Assembly (NCBI GenBank): GCA_903920005.1
Contig: CAIXKI010000158.1
Coordinates: 6,134 to 70,133 of the forward strand
DNA length: 64,000 bases
From: an uncultured delta proteobacterium
Lineage (GTDB): Bacteria > Bdellovibrionota_C > UBA2361 > OMII01
Direction of reading: 5' to 3'
Below are positions 1-9,534 of this stretch, piece after piece. The position numbers and the translations under genes were made by a program. The notes under the pieces are model-generated. The model had not been told where the DNA came from. It ran no database searches and was given only the letters and a program-made list of their open reading frames with translations. The first letter of the stretch is position 1. Each line of letters starts with the position of its first letter.

Positions 1-2
1 TT

Positions 3-1007
3 CCTGTTACGGCTTTAAGAATCCCGGAAAACGCGTCCGCGCTCCTCAAGGATGTTGGAATAACGCGCATCGGTGACCTTGCGCGCCTACCTCGGTATAC
101 GATTGCTCAACGTTTCGGAAAATTTGTCACCTACCGACTGGAGCAGGCCTTTGGCGACCTAGAAGAGCGCTTGCACACCGTTGAAGAAACGAAGAGATAC
201 AATACCTCTCGAATCTTTGAACCTCCCCTCACAAGCCGCAAAAGTATCGTCATAGCGATTAACGCGCTCTTTAAGGCCGTGCTTCAGCAGCTTAAAAGCA
301 ATAAACGCTGCGCCAAGTATTTTCATCTGGCGCTTTACGATACTCAAAAATCCGTTATCTGCAGGGAATTTCCTCTCGCCTCAGCAACCGATGACGTAAC
401 ACACCTCTCCACGATTATAGAACCGATTATCGACGGTATGCATTTTTCAGGAGAGCTTCGCGAAATAGCGATTACCGCTCGTCAGATTGAGGCGAGTCGC
501 TCAGAACAGACTCGGCTCTCACCATCACTCCATAAAGATGCCCCGGACTCTCGAGAGAAAAAGGAGCTTTTAAATACCTTTAGCGTTCGAATCGGCAAGG
601 AGCGCCTCCTCTTCGCGAAGCTTAATCAGTCGTACATTCCCGAGCGATCGTTCTCTTATCACAACGCACCCGATACGATCACTAGCCATTCAGTTCATGA
701 GTTGATTCCGCACTACACCCTTCATGAACGCCCATCATATCTCCTTCCAACACCAGAGAAGATTCACACGATCTCGATGCTCCCCGATAAGCCCCCCTCG
801 TTTATTCAGTGGAGGGGGAAAAAACTAAAAGTAGTAACTGGTATCGGCCCCGAGCGGATTGCGCCGGAATGGTGGGGCTCAAGCCTCGCGCAGGAAGAGG
901 GTGTCACCCGCGACTATTTTAAAGTTCAAGATGAGTGTGGTCGGTGGCTCTGGGTGTACCGAGACCAAACCACCCAGTTGTGGTTCCTCCATGGAATGTG
1001 GGTATGA
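3..1007 (+). CDS. imuB: ImuB, Y-family polymerase-like accessory protein of the mutasome (5'-truncated by window edge)
   Basis: The frame is open from base 3 (PVTALRIPE...GITRIGDLARLPR...QRFG). It has the ImuB C-terminal motifs GPERIAPEWW and RDYFKVQDECGRWLWVYR...WFLHG and lies directly upstream of dnaE2. Confidence 0.88.
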   Translation, partial: PVTALRIPENASALLKDVGITRIGDLARLPRYTIAQRFGKFVTYRLEQAFGDLEERLHTVEETKRYNTSRIFEPPLTSRKSIVIAINALFKAVLQQLKSNKRCAKYFHLALYDTQKSVICREFPLASATDDVTHLSTIIEPIIDGMHFSGELREIAITARQIEASRSEQTRLSPSLHKDAPDSREKKELLNTFSVRIGKERLLFAKLNQSYIPERSFSYHNAPDTITSHSVHELIPHYTLHERPSYLLPTPEKIHTISMLPDKPPSFIQWRGKKLKVVTGIGPERIAPEWWGSSLAQEEGVTRDYFKVQDECGRWLWVYRDQTTQLWFLHGMWV

Positions 1008-1023
1008 CTCCTTTATTCTCTTC

Positions 1024-4000
1024 ATGAAAAACAAGATCGCGTACTCAGAACTCCAGCTCGCGACGAACTTTTCGTTCCTTAGGGGCGCAAGTCATCCCCA
1101 TGAATACGCGTGGAAAGCGGCAGAGCTTGGATATAAAGCTTTTGGAATTACCGACTACAACTCTCTCGCCGGTGTTGTGAGAGGGCATACCGCCGCTCAA
1201 GAAGCCGGGGTCCCCTTTCTCGTAGGGTGCCGCATTGAGATCGATTTTCAAGGGATCGTGAAACACGAACTCGCGCATAGGAGCCCCGACTATCATCGTA
1301 CCTCCATTCTCGTCTATCCAAAGGATAGAGCAGCATATGGAACGCTCTGCCAGCTCCTTACCTACGGTCGAAGGGATGTCTCCAAAAACGAGTTTTTCTT
1401 AAACTTACGTGATTTTCTTCCCGTTCAGAATCAATTCGCGACGATCCTCATTCCCCCATTCTTTCAAACGCTCTTTCATCATCTCGCGCCTCTCCCAGAC
1501 TCCGTCGAGGAAACGACACGATCGACTCTCTTTTTTAAACTGTGCGAGATAGTCCGAGATACCTGTACAGACCCAACTCTTCTGTCGCTCGCTATCACCT
1601 ACAACTATGGGCCCCTAAACCCTCACCTCGTGCAAAAGGCACTCGCTATCGCGCAAACTTTAAACATCGCGCCCGTAGCGACCAACGACGTGCACTACCA
1701 TGTTCCTGAGAGAAAGCCTCTTCAGGACGCACTTACCTGCATCCGAGAGAAATGCACCCTTCACCAGGCGGGCTTTCGGCTTTTCCAGAATGGAGAGCGA
1801 TATTGCAAGACTCCTGAGGAGATGGCGCGCCTCTTTCGAGATATTCCTCACGCTATCGCCAGAACCCAAGTGATTACCGAGATAGCATCCGGGTTCTCAC
1901 TCTCTCAGCTCAGATATACCTATCCCAACGAGATATGCCCTAATCAACTCTCACCCCTTGAATATTTAAAGCAAGAGGTGCGCCGCGGAGCAGAGGAACG
2001 TTATCCACAGGGTATTCCACACCATGTGAATAACACGATTGAGGAAGAGCTTACGCTGATTCATGAGCTTGAGTACGAGAAGTACTTTCTCACGTGCTAT
2101 GACATCGTCACCTTCGCTCGCAGTCGGGGCATACTCTGCCAAGGACGGGGTGCCGCGGCCAATTCTGTGGTGTGCTTCTGTCTCGGCATTACCTCCGTGG
2201 ATCCGAATAAGATCGACCTTCTGTTTGCCCGCTTTATTAGTAAAGAGCGCCGAGAGCCTCCGGACATCGATATCGACTTTGAGCATGAGCGGCGAGAAGA
2301 GGTTATTCAGTATATCTACGCAAAATACGGGCGCACCCGAGCGGCTATCGCCTCTGAGGTAATTACCTACCGGGCTCGGAGCGCCGTTCGAGAGATTGGC
2401 AAGGTAGCTGGTCTATCTCTTCAGATAGTAGATACGCTCGCTAAGGGCGTTCATCGGTGGACGCAGTGCTCGATTACCGCTGAGATGCTCCGTGAGCTGG
2501 GGCTCAACCCGTTTGACGCTACGATTCAAAACGTTCTCATCCTCTCAAACGAACTCGTCGGATTCCCGCGGCACCTCTCCCAACACGTGGGTGGATTCGT
2601 GATCTCTGATACCCCCCTCTGCGAGATAGTTCCGATCATCAATGCCGGTATGGAGCACCGCACTATCATCGAATGGGACAAAAACGATATCGAGGAGCTT
2701 GGAATGTTAAAGATTGATATCCTCGCCCTCGGGATGCTCACCTGCATCCGAAAGGCGCTCGATAGTATCAACGCCCGTCGTGACATTCCCTTAGAGCTTC
2801 ACACAATCCCTTCTGAGGATCCAAAAGTCTACGAGATGGTAGGCCGCTCAGATACTGTTGGTGTATTTCAGATCGAATCACGCGCACAGATGTCGATGTT
2901 ACCGAGACTTAAGCCCCGATGCTTTTACGACCTCGTCATCGAGGTCGCTATCGTTCGGCCTGGACCGATTCAGGGAAACATGGTGCATCCGTATTTACGA
3001 AGACGAAACGGTCTTGAAAAGCCGTATTACCCTGACGCGCGCGTTGAGCGCATCTTAGGAAAAACGCTCGGAGTGCCTATCTTCCAAGAACAAGCGATGC
3101 GACTTGCGATCACTCTAGCGAACTTTACACCCGGAGAGGCAGAGCAACTCCGTCGCGCGATGGCAGCCTGGAAGAGCCACAAGGGGGTCATCGAGACCTT
3201 TAAAGAGAAGATCGTTAAAGGGATGATCGCGAACGGATACTCCATCGAATTCGCGGAGACGTGCTTAAATCAGATTAAGGGCTTTAGTGAGTATGGATTC
3301 CCTGAATCGCACGCGGCGTCCTTCGCGCACCTTGTGTATGCTTCGGCATGGATTAAGCGCCACTATCCTGCCGAGTTCGCGTGCGCGCTGCTCAATAGCC
3401 AGCCGATGGGATTCTATCAACCGTCCCAAATCGTACAAGACGCCGAACGACACGGTGTAATCGTTGAAAGGATCGACGCGAACAAGAGCGGATGGGACTG
3501 CTCAATATGTTATGACTCTTCGGGAAAAGGGGTATTACGCCTAGGACTCCGCCTCATATCTGGACTACGACGAGATCATGCGGAGGCGATCGAGAAATCA
3601 GTACAACTCGAAGGTGAATTTGATTCAATCGATTCTCTCTGGGCACGAAATACATCGGTAACAAAATCAACCCTACGAACCTTAGCGAACGCTGATGTCT
3701 TTGACTCCGTAGCGCTCTCTCGTAGACCCGCGCATTGGAACATTCATGCGCTCGCGAGTAAGCCCGCACCTCTTGACGCGCTGTTCACCAAAAGATCCCA
3801 TGGCCACGAAGTGAGACTTCCTCAATCGAACACGCAACGGGATATGTTTCAGGATTACGCGACGACAGGACTATCTCTACGAGCTCATCCCCTTGAATTT
3901 CTGCGAGAGCACCTCTCTACACGCGGAGCGCGAACCGCGGAGGCACTTTCAGTCACGAACGGGCTGAAGATCGGCGCTCGAATAGCGACCGCAGGACTCG

Positions 4001-4260
4001 CTATTACCCGGCAGCGACCCGGCACCGCAAAGGGCGTCGTCTTTATTACTCTAGAGGATGAAACAGGCACGATAAATTTAATTATCCGCCCCACTCTTTT
4101 TGAAACCTACAGCTCCATCATCATGCGAAGCTCAATTCTCTATACCGAAGGAAAGCTCGAACGGATAGGCGAGGTTATCTATCTGGATGTCGAGCGACTA
4201 GAATCGCTCGATGGGAAGCTACAAGAACGGCCCAGGTCAGCCGAGCCTTACTCCTGCTAG
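1024..4260 (+). CDS. dnaE2: Error-prone DNA polymerase III alpha subunit DnaE2 (ImuC)
   Basis: PHP start NFSFLRGASHP, QGRGAAANS, catalytic PPDIDIDFEH, FPRHLSQHVGG, FPESHAASFA and OB-fold QRPGTAKGVVFITLEDETG. The start is set at ATG 1024 because the 859 extension overlaps imuB. Confidence 0.95.
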   Translation: MKNKIAYSELQLATNFSFLRGASHPHEYAWKAAELGYKAFGITDYNSLAGVVRGHTAAQEAGVPFLVGCRIEIDFQGIVKHELAHRSPDYHRTSILVYPKDRAAYGTLCQLLTYGRRDVSKNEFFLNLRDFLPVQNQFATILIPPFFQTLFHHLAPLPDSVEETTRSTLFFKLCEIVRDTCTDPTLLSLAITYNYGPLNPHLVQKALAIAQTLNIAPVATNDVHYHVPERKPLQDALTCIREKCTLHQAGFRLFQNGERYCKTPEEMARLFRDIPHAIARTQVITEIASGFSLSQLRYTYPNEICPNQLSPLEYLKQEVRRGAEERYPQGIPHHVNNTIEEELTLIHELEYEKYFLTCYDIVTFARSRGILCQGRGAAANSVVCFCLGITSVDPNKIDLLFARFISKERREPPDIDIDFEHERREEVIQYIYAKYGRTRAAIASEVITYRARSAVREIGKVAGLSLQIVDTLAKGVHRWTQCSITAEMLRELGLNPFDATIQNVLILSNELVGFPRHLSQHVGGFVISDTPLCEIVPIINAGMEHRTIIEWDKNDIEELGMLKIDILALGMLTCIRKALDSINARRDIPLELHTIPSEDPKVYEMVGRSDTVGVFQIESRAQMSMLPRLKPRCFYDLVIEVAIVRPGPIQGNMVHPYLRRRNGLEKPYYPDARVERILGKTLGVPIFQEQAMRLAITLANFTPGEAEQLRRAMAAWKSHKGVIETFKEKIVKGMIANGYSIEFAETCLNQIKGFSEYGFPESHAASFAHLVYASAWIKRHYPAEFACALLNSQPMGFYQPSQIVQDAERHGVIVERIDANKSGWDCSICYDSSGKGVLRLGLRLISGLRRDHAEAIEKSVQLEGEFDSIDSLWARNTSVTKSTLRTLANADVFDSVALSRRPAHWNIHALASKPAPLDALFTKRSHGHEVRLPQSNTQRDMFQDYATTGLSLRAHPLEFLREHLSTRGARTAEALSVTNGLKIGARIATAGLAITRQRPGTAKGVVFITLEDETGTINLIIRPTLFETYSSIIMRSSILYTEGKLERIGEVIYLDVERLESLDGKLQERPRSAEPYSC

Positions 4261-4364
4261 GCAGAGTGGTCAGAAAGATTTCTTGGGCACTCACGCCGAA
4301 TAGTTAGAACTACGCAGCAAAATAACTTAAGAAACCTATCGATAGTTACAATTAGAGGGCGCGC

Positions 4365-5105
4365 CTACGTACCATTAAGAAAAGAGAATACCTGGTCGAG
4401 CTCCGCTCGAGAAGCGAGTCGATTTTTCTCCGAAAACCCGTATCCGAATTCGAGCTTGCCCTCAATAATCGCGGCAAACGCGCTATCGGCGAAGTCGGCA
4501 AGAGGCGCGCCATCATCGTGCAAGCCCACTCCTCCAAGATCCGTATTCACTTTAGGCGGAATAATCTCCACTACTCTAATGCCCGTCTCTCGGAGCTGGT
4601 GACGAAGACTTAGGGTAAACGAGTGGAGGGCCGCCTTGGTCGCGCAATACGTCGACATAAACGCTAGTGGTGAAAAAGCGAGTCCCGACGATACGTTCAT
4701 AATTGCGGCTTCTGGCTTCTTCAAGAAGTGTTGCACAAATAACATCGAAAGGTGCATCGGCGCTTCTACATTAGTAGCCAATTCCCGACGGTGATCCTCC
4801 CACTCTTGGGGCTGAGTCAGTGGGGCGGGACGGTTCTGAATCCCGGCGTTGTTTATAAGAACGGAGACCTCCGGAAATAACTCCACAACCCGTTGATACA
4901 GAGATACCCGTTCACGCTCATTGGAAACGTCACACTGGAGTACCTCCAGATGTGGGGACAACTCCCTAGCCTGGGCAAGCTTATCCTCCCGCCTGCCACA
5001 GATAATGACTCTATTGTTTGCCTCAACAAAGCGAGTTGCGAGGGCGTAGCCGATACCCGTAGCGCCACCGGTGATGAGGATCGTTTTCTGTTTATAATTC
5101 ATCAT
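4365..5105 (-). CDS. Short-chain dehydrogenase/reductase (DltE-like)
   Basis: TGGATGIG, NNAG, SSGLAF and YCATK (YxxxK) motifs. Probable start at ATG 5105 or 5102. Confidence 0.9.
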   Translation of the reverse strand: MMNYKQKTILITGGATGIGYALATRFVEANNRVIICGRREDKLAQARELSPHLEVLQCDVSNERERVSLYQRVVELFPEVSVLINNAGIQNRPAPLTQPQEWEDHRRELATNVEAPMHLSMLFVQHFLKKPEAAIMNVSSGLAFSPLAFMSTYCATKAALHSFTLSLRHQLRETGIRVVEIIPPKVNTDLGGVGLHDDGAPLADFADSAFAAIIEGKLEFGYGFSEKNRLASRAELDQVFSFLNGT

Positions 5106-5217
5106 TCTGGCCGGACGCATATATGCTGACGTAAACAACCGACCTCCGACCCTTACTCCCTAACGGATACATAGGGGGACGATGCAGCTCTCATGACATG
5201 GCTCTCACCAGATTACG

Positions 5218-5997
5218 CTATTTACATTCACACCGACCCGCAACTGAAAAACTCATTTGTACAGGGGCGTCGCCGTGATATCCCGTTCCGTCAGAAAGTG
5301 GAGCCCGAGCGCTGCCCGTCAACGAGAAATTGCCGCCGCTTGAGGTTCCTTTAAGGTCCGATACGATCACCTTTCCCATCCCGCCAATCACCAACCTCGG
5401 GGTTCCGCCCTCTGCCCAGGAAAAAAGCACCGACTTGCCTTGATAACTCCAGCCACACAAGCTCCCACTAGCCGTTGCATCTTGATCTGTAAATGTAACG
5501 CTCTTGAGCGATTGAACTACTCCACCCTGGCATACGACCGTCGCCAACGCCGAACCGTTCATCGCTTTCAATGCCCATGGCTTATCATTCCCCTGTGGAC
5601 AATTTGGTCCATGGGACGTTTTTCCGATCGTACCGATCGTAAGATTAACGGGCTCTACAGGAATCACTTTTACGCACATCTCAATGGGAATAACGGTCGG
5701 GCACTCGGGAGGCTTGGCACCGCATCCAGCGGCGGCAGCCAAAATTGTATCGCACCCGAAGCAATCGATACCGCACACTTTCGTGTCGCACCGAGTAGAG
5801 CCGCTTCCTAAACTACTCCCCTCCGGAGATTGCATGCACGGCGTCTGAGCGTGCGCAGCTCCACTCGCTGCTACGAACGAGGCGATTGCGACCAGAAAAG
5901 AAATAACGACACAAGCAAATCGATCCATCGCGGGATCTCCCTTAAGAGCATTGCCTATAAGCGGCCTGGGCTCTTTTTCTATTTTGTCTTGATCCAT
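5218..5997 (-). CDS. Hypothetical secreted cysteine-rich protein
   Basis: 259-aa ORF with a signal-peptide-like segment ending AAHA-Q and 14 Cys. The start may be the internal Met (MDRFAC...). Confidence 0.65.
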   Translation of the reverse strand: MDQDKIEKEPRPLIGNALKGDPAMDRFACVVISFLVAIASFVAASGAAHAQTPCMQSPEGSSLGSGSTRCDTKVCGIDCFGCDTILAAAAGCGAKPPECPTVIPIEMCVKVIPVEPVNLTIGTIGKTSHGPNCPQGNDKPWALKAMNGSALATVVCQGGVVQSLKSVTFTDQDATASGSLCGWSYQGKSVLFSWAEGGTPRLVIGGMGKVIVSDLKGTSSGGNFSLTGSARAPLSDGTGYHGDAPVQMSFSVAGRCECK

Positions 5998-6137
5998 ATC
6001 TCACCACCTAATTTTAATAAGCCTACTATCCGCCGCTAGTCACCATCTCGTGGAATACGAGACTCTCACACCATCCTTACATTGACCGAGCTATCAGCTA
6101 TCTGCCCTCGCGATTAACCGCCGTAGAACTCTCCATC

Positions 6138-6980
6138 CTACAATCGAAACACCTCCCGAAAGCGCGCCTCGAACGGTTCAAGCGATACCTTCTCTCTATA
6201 GAGCTCAACATTCTGTCTCTGAGTGTAGAGCAACCGACTAGACTCAAGGTCTTGAAGTTCTCTCATATAGTCACTCGAGGCGTTAATAAAGGCTTCAGAA
6301 TTAAGCTTACCTAGACTTCCGCCGTCGTAGATCGGAATCGTTCCCGCGATCCATGATTGAAACGCTTTTTCCGTTATGTATCCTGGGGTCTTACTATTCT
6401 CCAGGCAGATCATGTAGCGGTACTGGGCTATCCAATGAAGATACTCGAACCCACGAGGAGCAAGATACCCAACGTTATTCAGTTCAAGCCCAGCCGAGTC
6501 TACGGCCTTCCATCCGTGAATACGGTGAAAGACCTCTTCTCGCGTTTTCTTCATCTCTCCGAAGTATTTATTCGACGTCACAAAACAACAAAACTTCTCG
6601 CGAGGAGCCTTAAGAAACTCGGCCCTCAGTCCGTAGAGTTCATCCACGGAGCAATCGTAGTAGACACTTTCAAAGGGATAGGGGATGAAGTGCCTGACGT
6701 TCCCCAACTGAAGCGGCGGTGGCAGGATACCAAAGACTGCATGGTATCGACTCAAATCGTGGTGTGGTTTAAACACGTCCCAATTCTCATTAGAAATAAG
6801 AACCACAGGGATATCTTTCGGAAAGTCATGAGCGCGCCAGACGCTCGCAATGATAAAATCGGGCGCTTCGTTCTGCCGTACGACCGCAACACTGCCTTCT
6901 TGCAGAAATCTACGAAAAAGATTGCCCGTCCATCGAATGAACTCAGTATCGAACTCCTCCATGTAGGCGAATCTAATCAT
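6138..6980 (-). CDS. Glycosyltransferase family 10 (alpha-1,3/4-fucosyltransferase-like)
   Basis: GT10 signature YRYMICLENSKTPGYITEKAFQSWIAGTIPIYDG, plus KFCCFVTSN and VDSAG...NNVG. Confidence 0.85.
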   Translation of the reverse strand: MIRFAYMEEFDTEFIRWTGNLFRRFLQEGSVAVVRQNEAPDFIIASVWRAHDFPKDIPVVLISNENWDVFKPHHDLSRYHAVFGILPPPLQLGNVRHFIPYPFESVYYDCSVDELYGLRAEFLKAPREKFCCFVTSNKYFGEMKKTREEVFHRIHGWKAVDSAGLELNNVGYLAPRGFEYLHWIAQYRYMICLENSKTPGYITEKAFQSWIAGTIPIYDGGSLGKLNSEAFINASSDYMRELQDLESSRLLYTQRQNVELYREKVSLEPFEARFREVFRL

Positions 6981-6991
6981 TGCTCTTGCGC

Positions 6992-7642
6992 CTATCGAAC
7001 ATCCATAAAGAGAAAGTCGTGCTCGGAAAAGGTCTCAACAAAACGATAGCCATGAAACTCCAGGTACTCTGTCATTCGGGGGAGCGACCGACACTCTACA
7101 AGGAGGTATTTAAACCTAAATTGGCTATGGTTAACTCCCTCAAGAACATGAAGCTCGACCCCTTCCACGTCGAGCGAGAAAAAATCAACGCTAGACGGTG
7201 CTCCTGCCTGAATGAGTATATCGTTTAGTGTTCGAGCCTCGGCACCATAGACGAACACCTCCTCGTGGGGCGGTAAGTATTGCTTGCCGAACTCAACGTG
7301 CTTCTGCAGGTCTGGGACGTCAGTGCCGGGCAGATCCGCAACCGACATCAAGTTCGAATAGATCATCGGCACAAATCGCTCCGTATACCCAAAGGGCACA
7401 CAGGCCGCACAAAATACTTTTGACTGCGGGGCTCGATTCGCCCGACACTTAAAGAAATTGGCGTGAGACGGTTCCACCAGAACACCCCGCCATCCTCGAT
7501 ACTTCTCATAGTAAAGCGTGTTCGACTGCGCGACTCCGTCGTTAGCGCCTATCTCAATGAAATATCCGTTGTCGTAATTAAGGTACCGCTCCATCTTTTG
7601 ATCAAGGCCGTTGAGTCCATAAAAATAGCGCTCTCCGCTCAT
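6992..7642 (-). CDS. FkbM family SAM-dependent methyltransferase
   Basis: FIEIGANDG..QSNT, GVLVEP and DFFSLDVEGVELHVLEG motifs. Confidence 0.9.
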   Translation of the reverse strand: MSGERYFYGLNGLDQKMERYLNYDNGYFIEIGANDGVAQSNTLYYEKYRGWRGVLVEPSHANFFKCRANRAPQSKVFCAACVPFGYTERFVPMIYSNLMSVADLPGTDVPDLQKHVEFGKQYLPPHEEVFVYGAEARTLNDILIQAGAPSSVDFFSLDVEGVELHVLEGVNHSQFRFKYLLVECRSLPRMTEYLEFHGYRFVETFSEHDFLFMDVR

Positions 7643-7661
7643 AATTCTTCTCCCTTCTACC

Positions 7662-8555
7662 CTATAGGCCGCCAGTAATCGGCGAATCGGCTTGTATTCG
7701 CTTCACGATGTTTTGAAACATTCCTTCGAGCGTGAAATACGACTCGTATACTCGCCGCCCGTTCTCGACGAGTCGGTTGTACTCTCCTTCGCTGATGCCA
7801 GCCAAAAGGTCGTAGAGACCAGAGATCTGCCCAGGCTTTACCAAAATAGAGAAGTCACTCCACGTGAGTTCATCGGTCCACGGAAGGTAGTGCTCATCAG
7901 AGATATAGACGGGGACTGAGCCGAGCTGAAGAATCTCGTAGAGTCTGAAGCTGCTTTTGCCGTAGCCGCGAGGCGCTAAGCCGAACTTACTTGAGCAAGT
8001 CGTCTCCACGAAGTTTACTACTTTTTGCATTGAAACGTTGACCGACCACGGTAACGCCGAGAGCTCGACGTCCGGCTTTCCCTCAAGAGACGCGCACATC
8101 TCTTTGCGAATGGGGTGCGTGTCGACGGAGCCTACAAAAGAGGCGAGTAATATCTTCTTAGAGTGAGGCACCAGCTCCTCAGGAATGGGACTGCATATGA
8201 GAGGTATCGGAATAATGTTGCCCTTGGTTCGGTTTCCACCTGCTGAGAAAATGATCGTATCCTCTGGCATCTCCTCAAAAGGACCATCATCAAATTGAGA
8301 AACCGTGAAGTACTTCCCTGAAGGGTTAAGCGTTTTATTCAGGTCCTCTTGTACGCTATGGTACGGTTTCCCCGCGAACATACAGTTACAGAACACGTTC
8401 GTCCAAAAGACATCGATATAATTCCGAGTCGCAGAGATTTGTTCTGCGTTCCAACGGTGAAAGAAGAACTCCTCCAGAAAATATCCACGGTGATAAGGTG
8501 GATAGGTTGGAGATTCCATCTTCGGCCGCAATAAATCATTCTGCATGAGAACCAT
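7662..8555 (-). CDS. Exostosin-like glycosyltransferase (GT47)
   Basis: GT47 C-terminal motif SKFGLAPRGYGKSSFRLYEILQLGSVPVYISDEHYLPW, plus ASFVGS..THPIR. GGAGG RBS upstream of ATG 8555. Confidence 0.82.
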   Translation of the reverse strand: MVLMQNDLLRPKMESPTYPPYHRGYFLEEFFFHRWNAEQISATRNYIDVFWTNVFCNCMFAGKPYHSVQEDLNKTLNPSGKYFTVSQFDDGPFEEMPEDTIIFSAGGNRTKGNIIPIPLICSPIPEELVPHSKKILLASFVGSVDTHPIRKEMCASLEGKPDVELSALPWSVNVSMQKVVNFVETTCSSKFGLAPRGYGKSSFRLYEILQLGSVPVYISDEHYLPWTDELTWSDFSILVKPGQISGLYDLLAGISEGEYNRLVENGRRVYESYFTLEGMFQNIVKRIQADSPITGGL

Positions 8556-8751
8556 GCGCGCTTCCTCCCATCAAATCCTCGGTACGTGCTCCCGTAGCTA
8601 TATCGACCGTTTAAAGGGGCGCCATAAGACGCTTCCGTAAAACACCGACCCAAAACCGAACCACTCGATACCATTACGTAAAACATCCCTACATCCAGAC
8701 AGGTGCTTAAGACCGGTTTAGTTACGATCCTATCTGGCCGATATTTCACCC

Positions 8752-9384
8752 ATGATGACAGACTCCTACCCTATGAGCGACGAAGAGACCCTCCGACACT
8801 ACCGCGTCCGTTGTAGCTGGCCGAACCTCTACTACGGAGTGGTCGCGCAGTTGTGCGATCAGATACGGGCGAAGCGATTTCTTGAGATAGGTGTTGCCTA
8901 CGGCTATCACGCGCTCGACATGCTTACCCGCCTGCCCGATACGGTCTATTACGGGGTTGACCCGTATCTGGCTGGCTACGACCCAAACGACGGGTTCGCG
9001 GTTGATGCTCAAAAACTCTTTGCGGAAACGAGTCCTCAAAAAGGTATGGATCGTCTGCACTCCGCTGTGCAAGCAACCCTCTCACCATATAGTGAACGAG
9101 CAAAGCTAATACGAAAGAAAAGTGTCGAGGCGGCTACAGAGTTTCCCGCCCATTTTTTCGATACCATCTTTATCGATGGAGACCACACCTATGAAGGTGT
9201 GCTCGCTGATCTTCACGCCTGGTGGGGGAAACTTCGTGTCGGCGGAATCTACTGCGGGGATGACTATACGTTACCAGCTGTACAGCGTGCCGTTCAGGAG
9301 TTTGCGAAAGAGGTCGCTCATGAGCTCCACCTAGTAGCAAAACCGGATACGCAGTATCCGATTTGGGTTATCACGAAAAAATAA
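8752..9384 (+). CDS. Class I SAM-dependent methyltransferase (Methyltransf_24-like)
   Basis: FLEIGVAYG, GVDPY, DTIFIDGDHTYEGV..D and GGIYCGDDY. Confidence 0.88.
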   Translation: MMTDSYPMSDEETLRHYRVRCSWPNLYYGVVAQLCDQIRAKRFLEIGVAYGYHALDMLTRLPDTVYYGVDPYLAGYDPNDGFAVDAQKLFAETSPQKGMDRLHSAVQATLSPYSERAKLIRKKSVEAATEFPAHFFDTIFIDGDHTYEGVLADLHAWWGKLRVGGIYCGDDYTLPAVQRAVQEFAKEVAHELHLVAKPDTQYPIWVITKK

Positions 9385-9391
9385 CACCCGC

Positions 9392-9434
9392 GGCCGGCGG
9401 CCTGCCTCGCCGGATAGCCGCGACCAGCGAAATC
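9392..9434. repeat. GC-rich dispersed repeat, copy 1 (REP-like)
   Basis: GGCCGGCGGCCTGCCTCGCCGGATAGCCGCGACCAGCGAAATC aligns to the reverse complement of 39393-39431 with one 4-nt indel and few substitutions. Confidence 0.7.
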
Positions 9435-9490
9435 AACGAAATCGATATATTCGTAGCACCGGTTCTCCAAAGATCTCCACGCTACCTCAC

Positions 9491-9529
9491 AAAAAAAGGG
9501 GGGCATCCATCATTGGAAAGCCCCCCCCC
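9491..9529 (-). terminator. Rho-independent terminator of the ABC transporter gene
   Basis: The minus strand reads G9-CTT-TCCA-ATGA-TGGA-TG-C6 followed by T7, immediately after the stop at 9535. Confidence 0.75.
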
Positions 9530-9534
9530 ACGTT

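Noticed and set aside
859..1023. N-terminal extension of dnaE2 in the ORF track
   Set aside because: It overlaps the conserved imuB C-terminus. DnaE2 homology begins after ATG 1024.
6357..7049. 230-aa + strand ORF
   Set aside because: It is an antisense shadow of the GT10 gene with no motifs.
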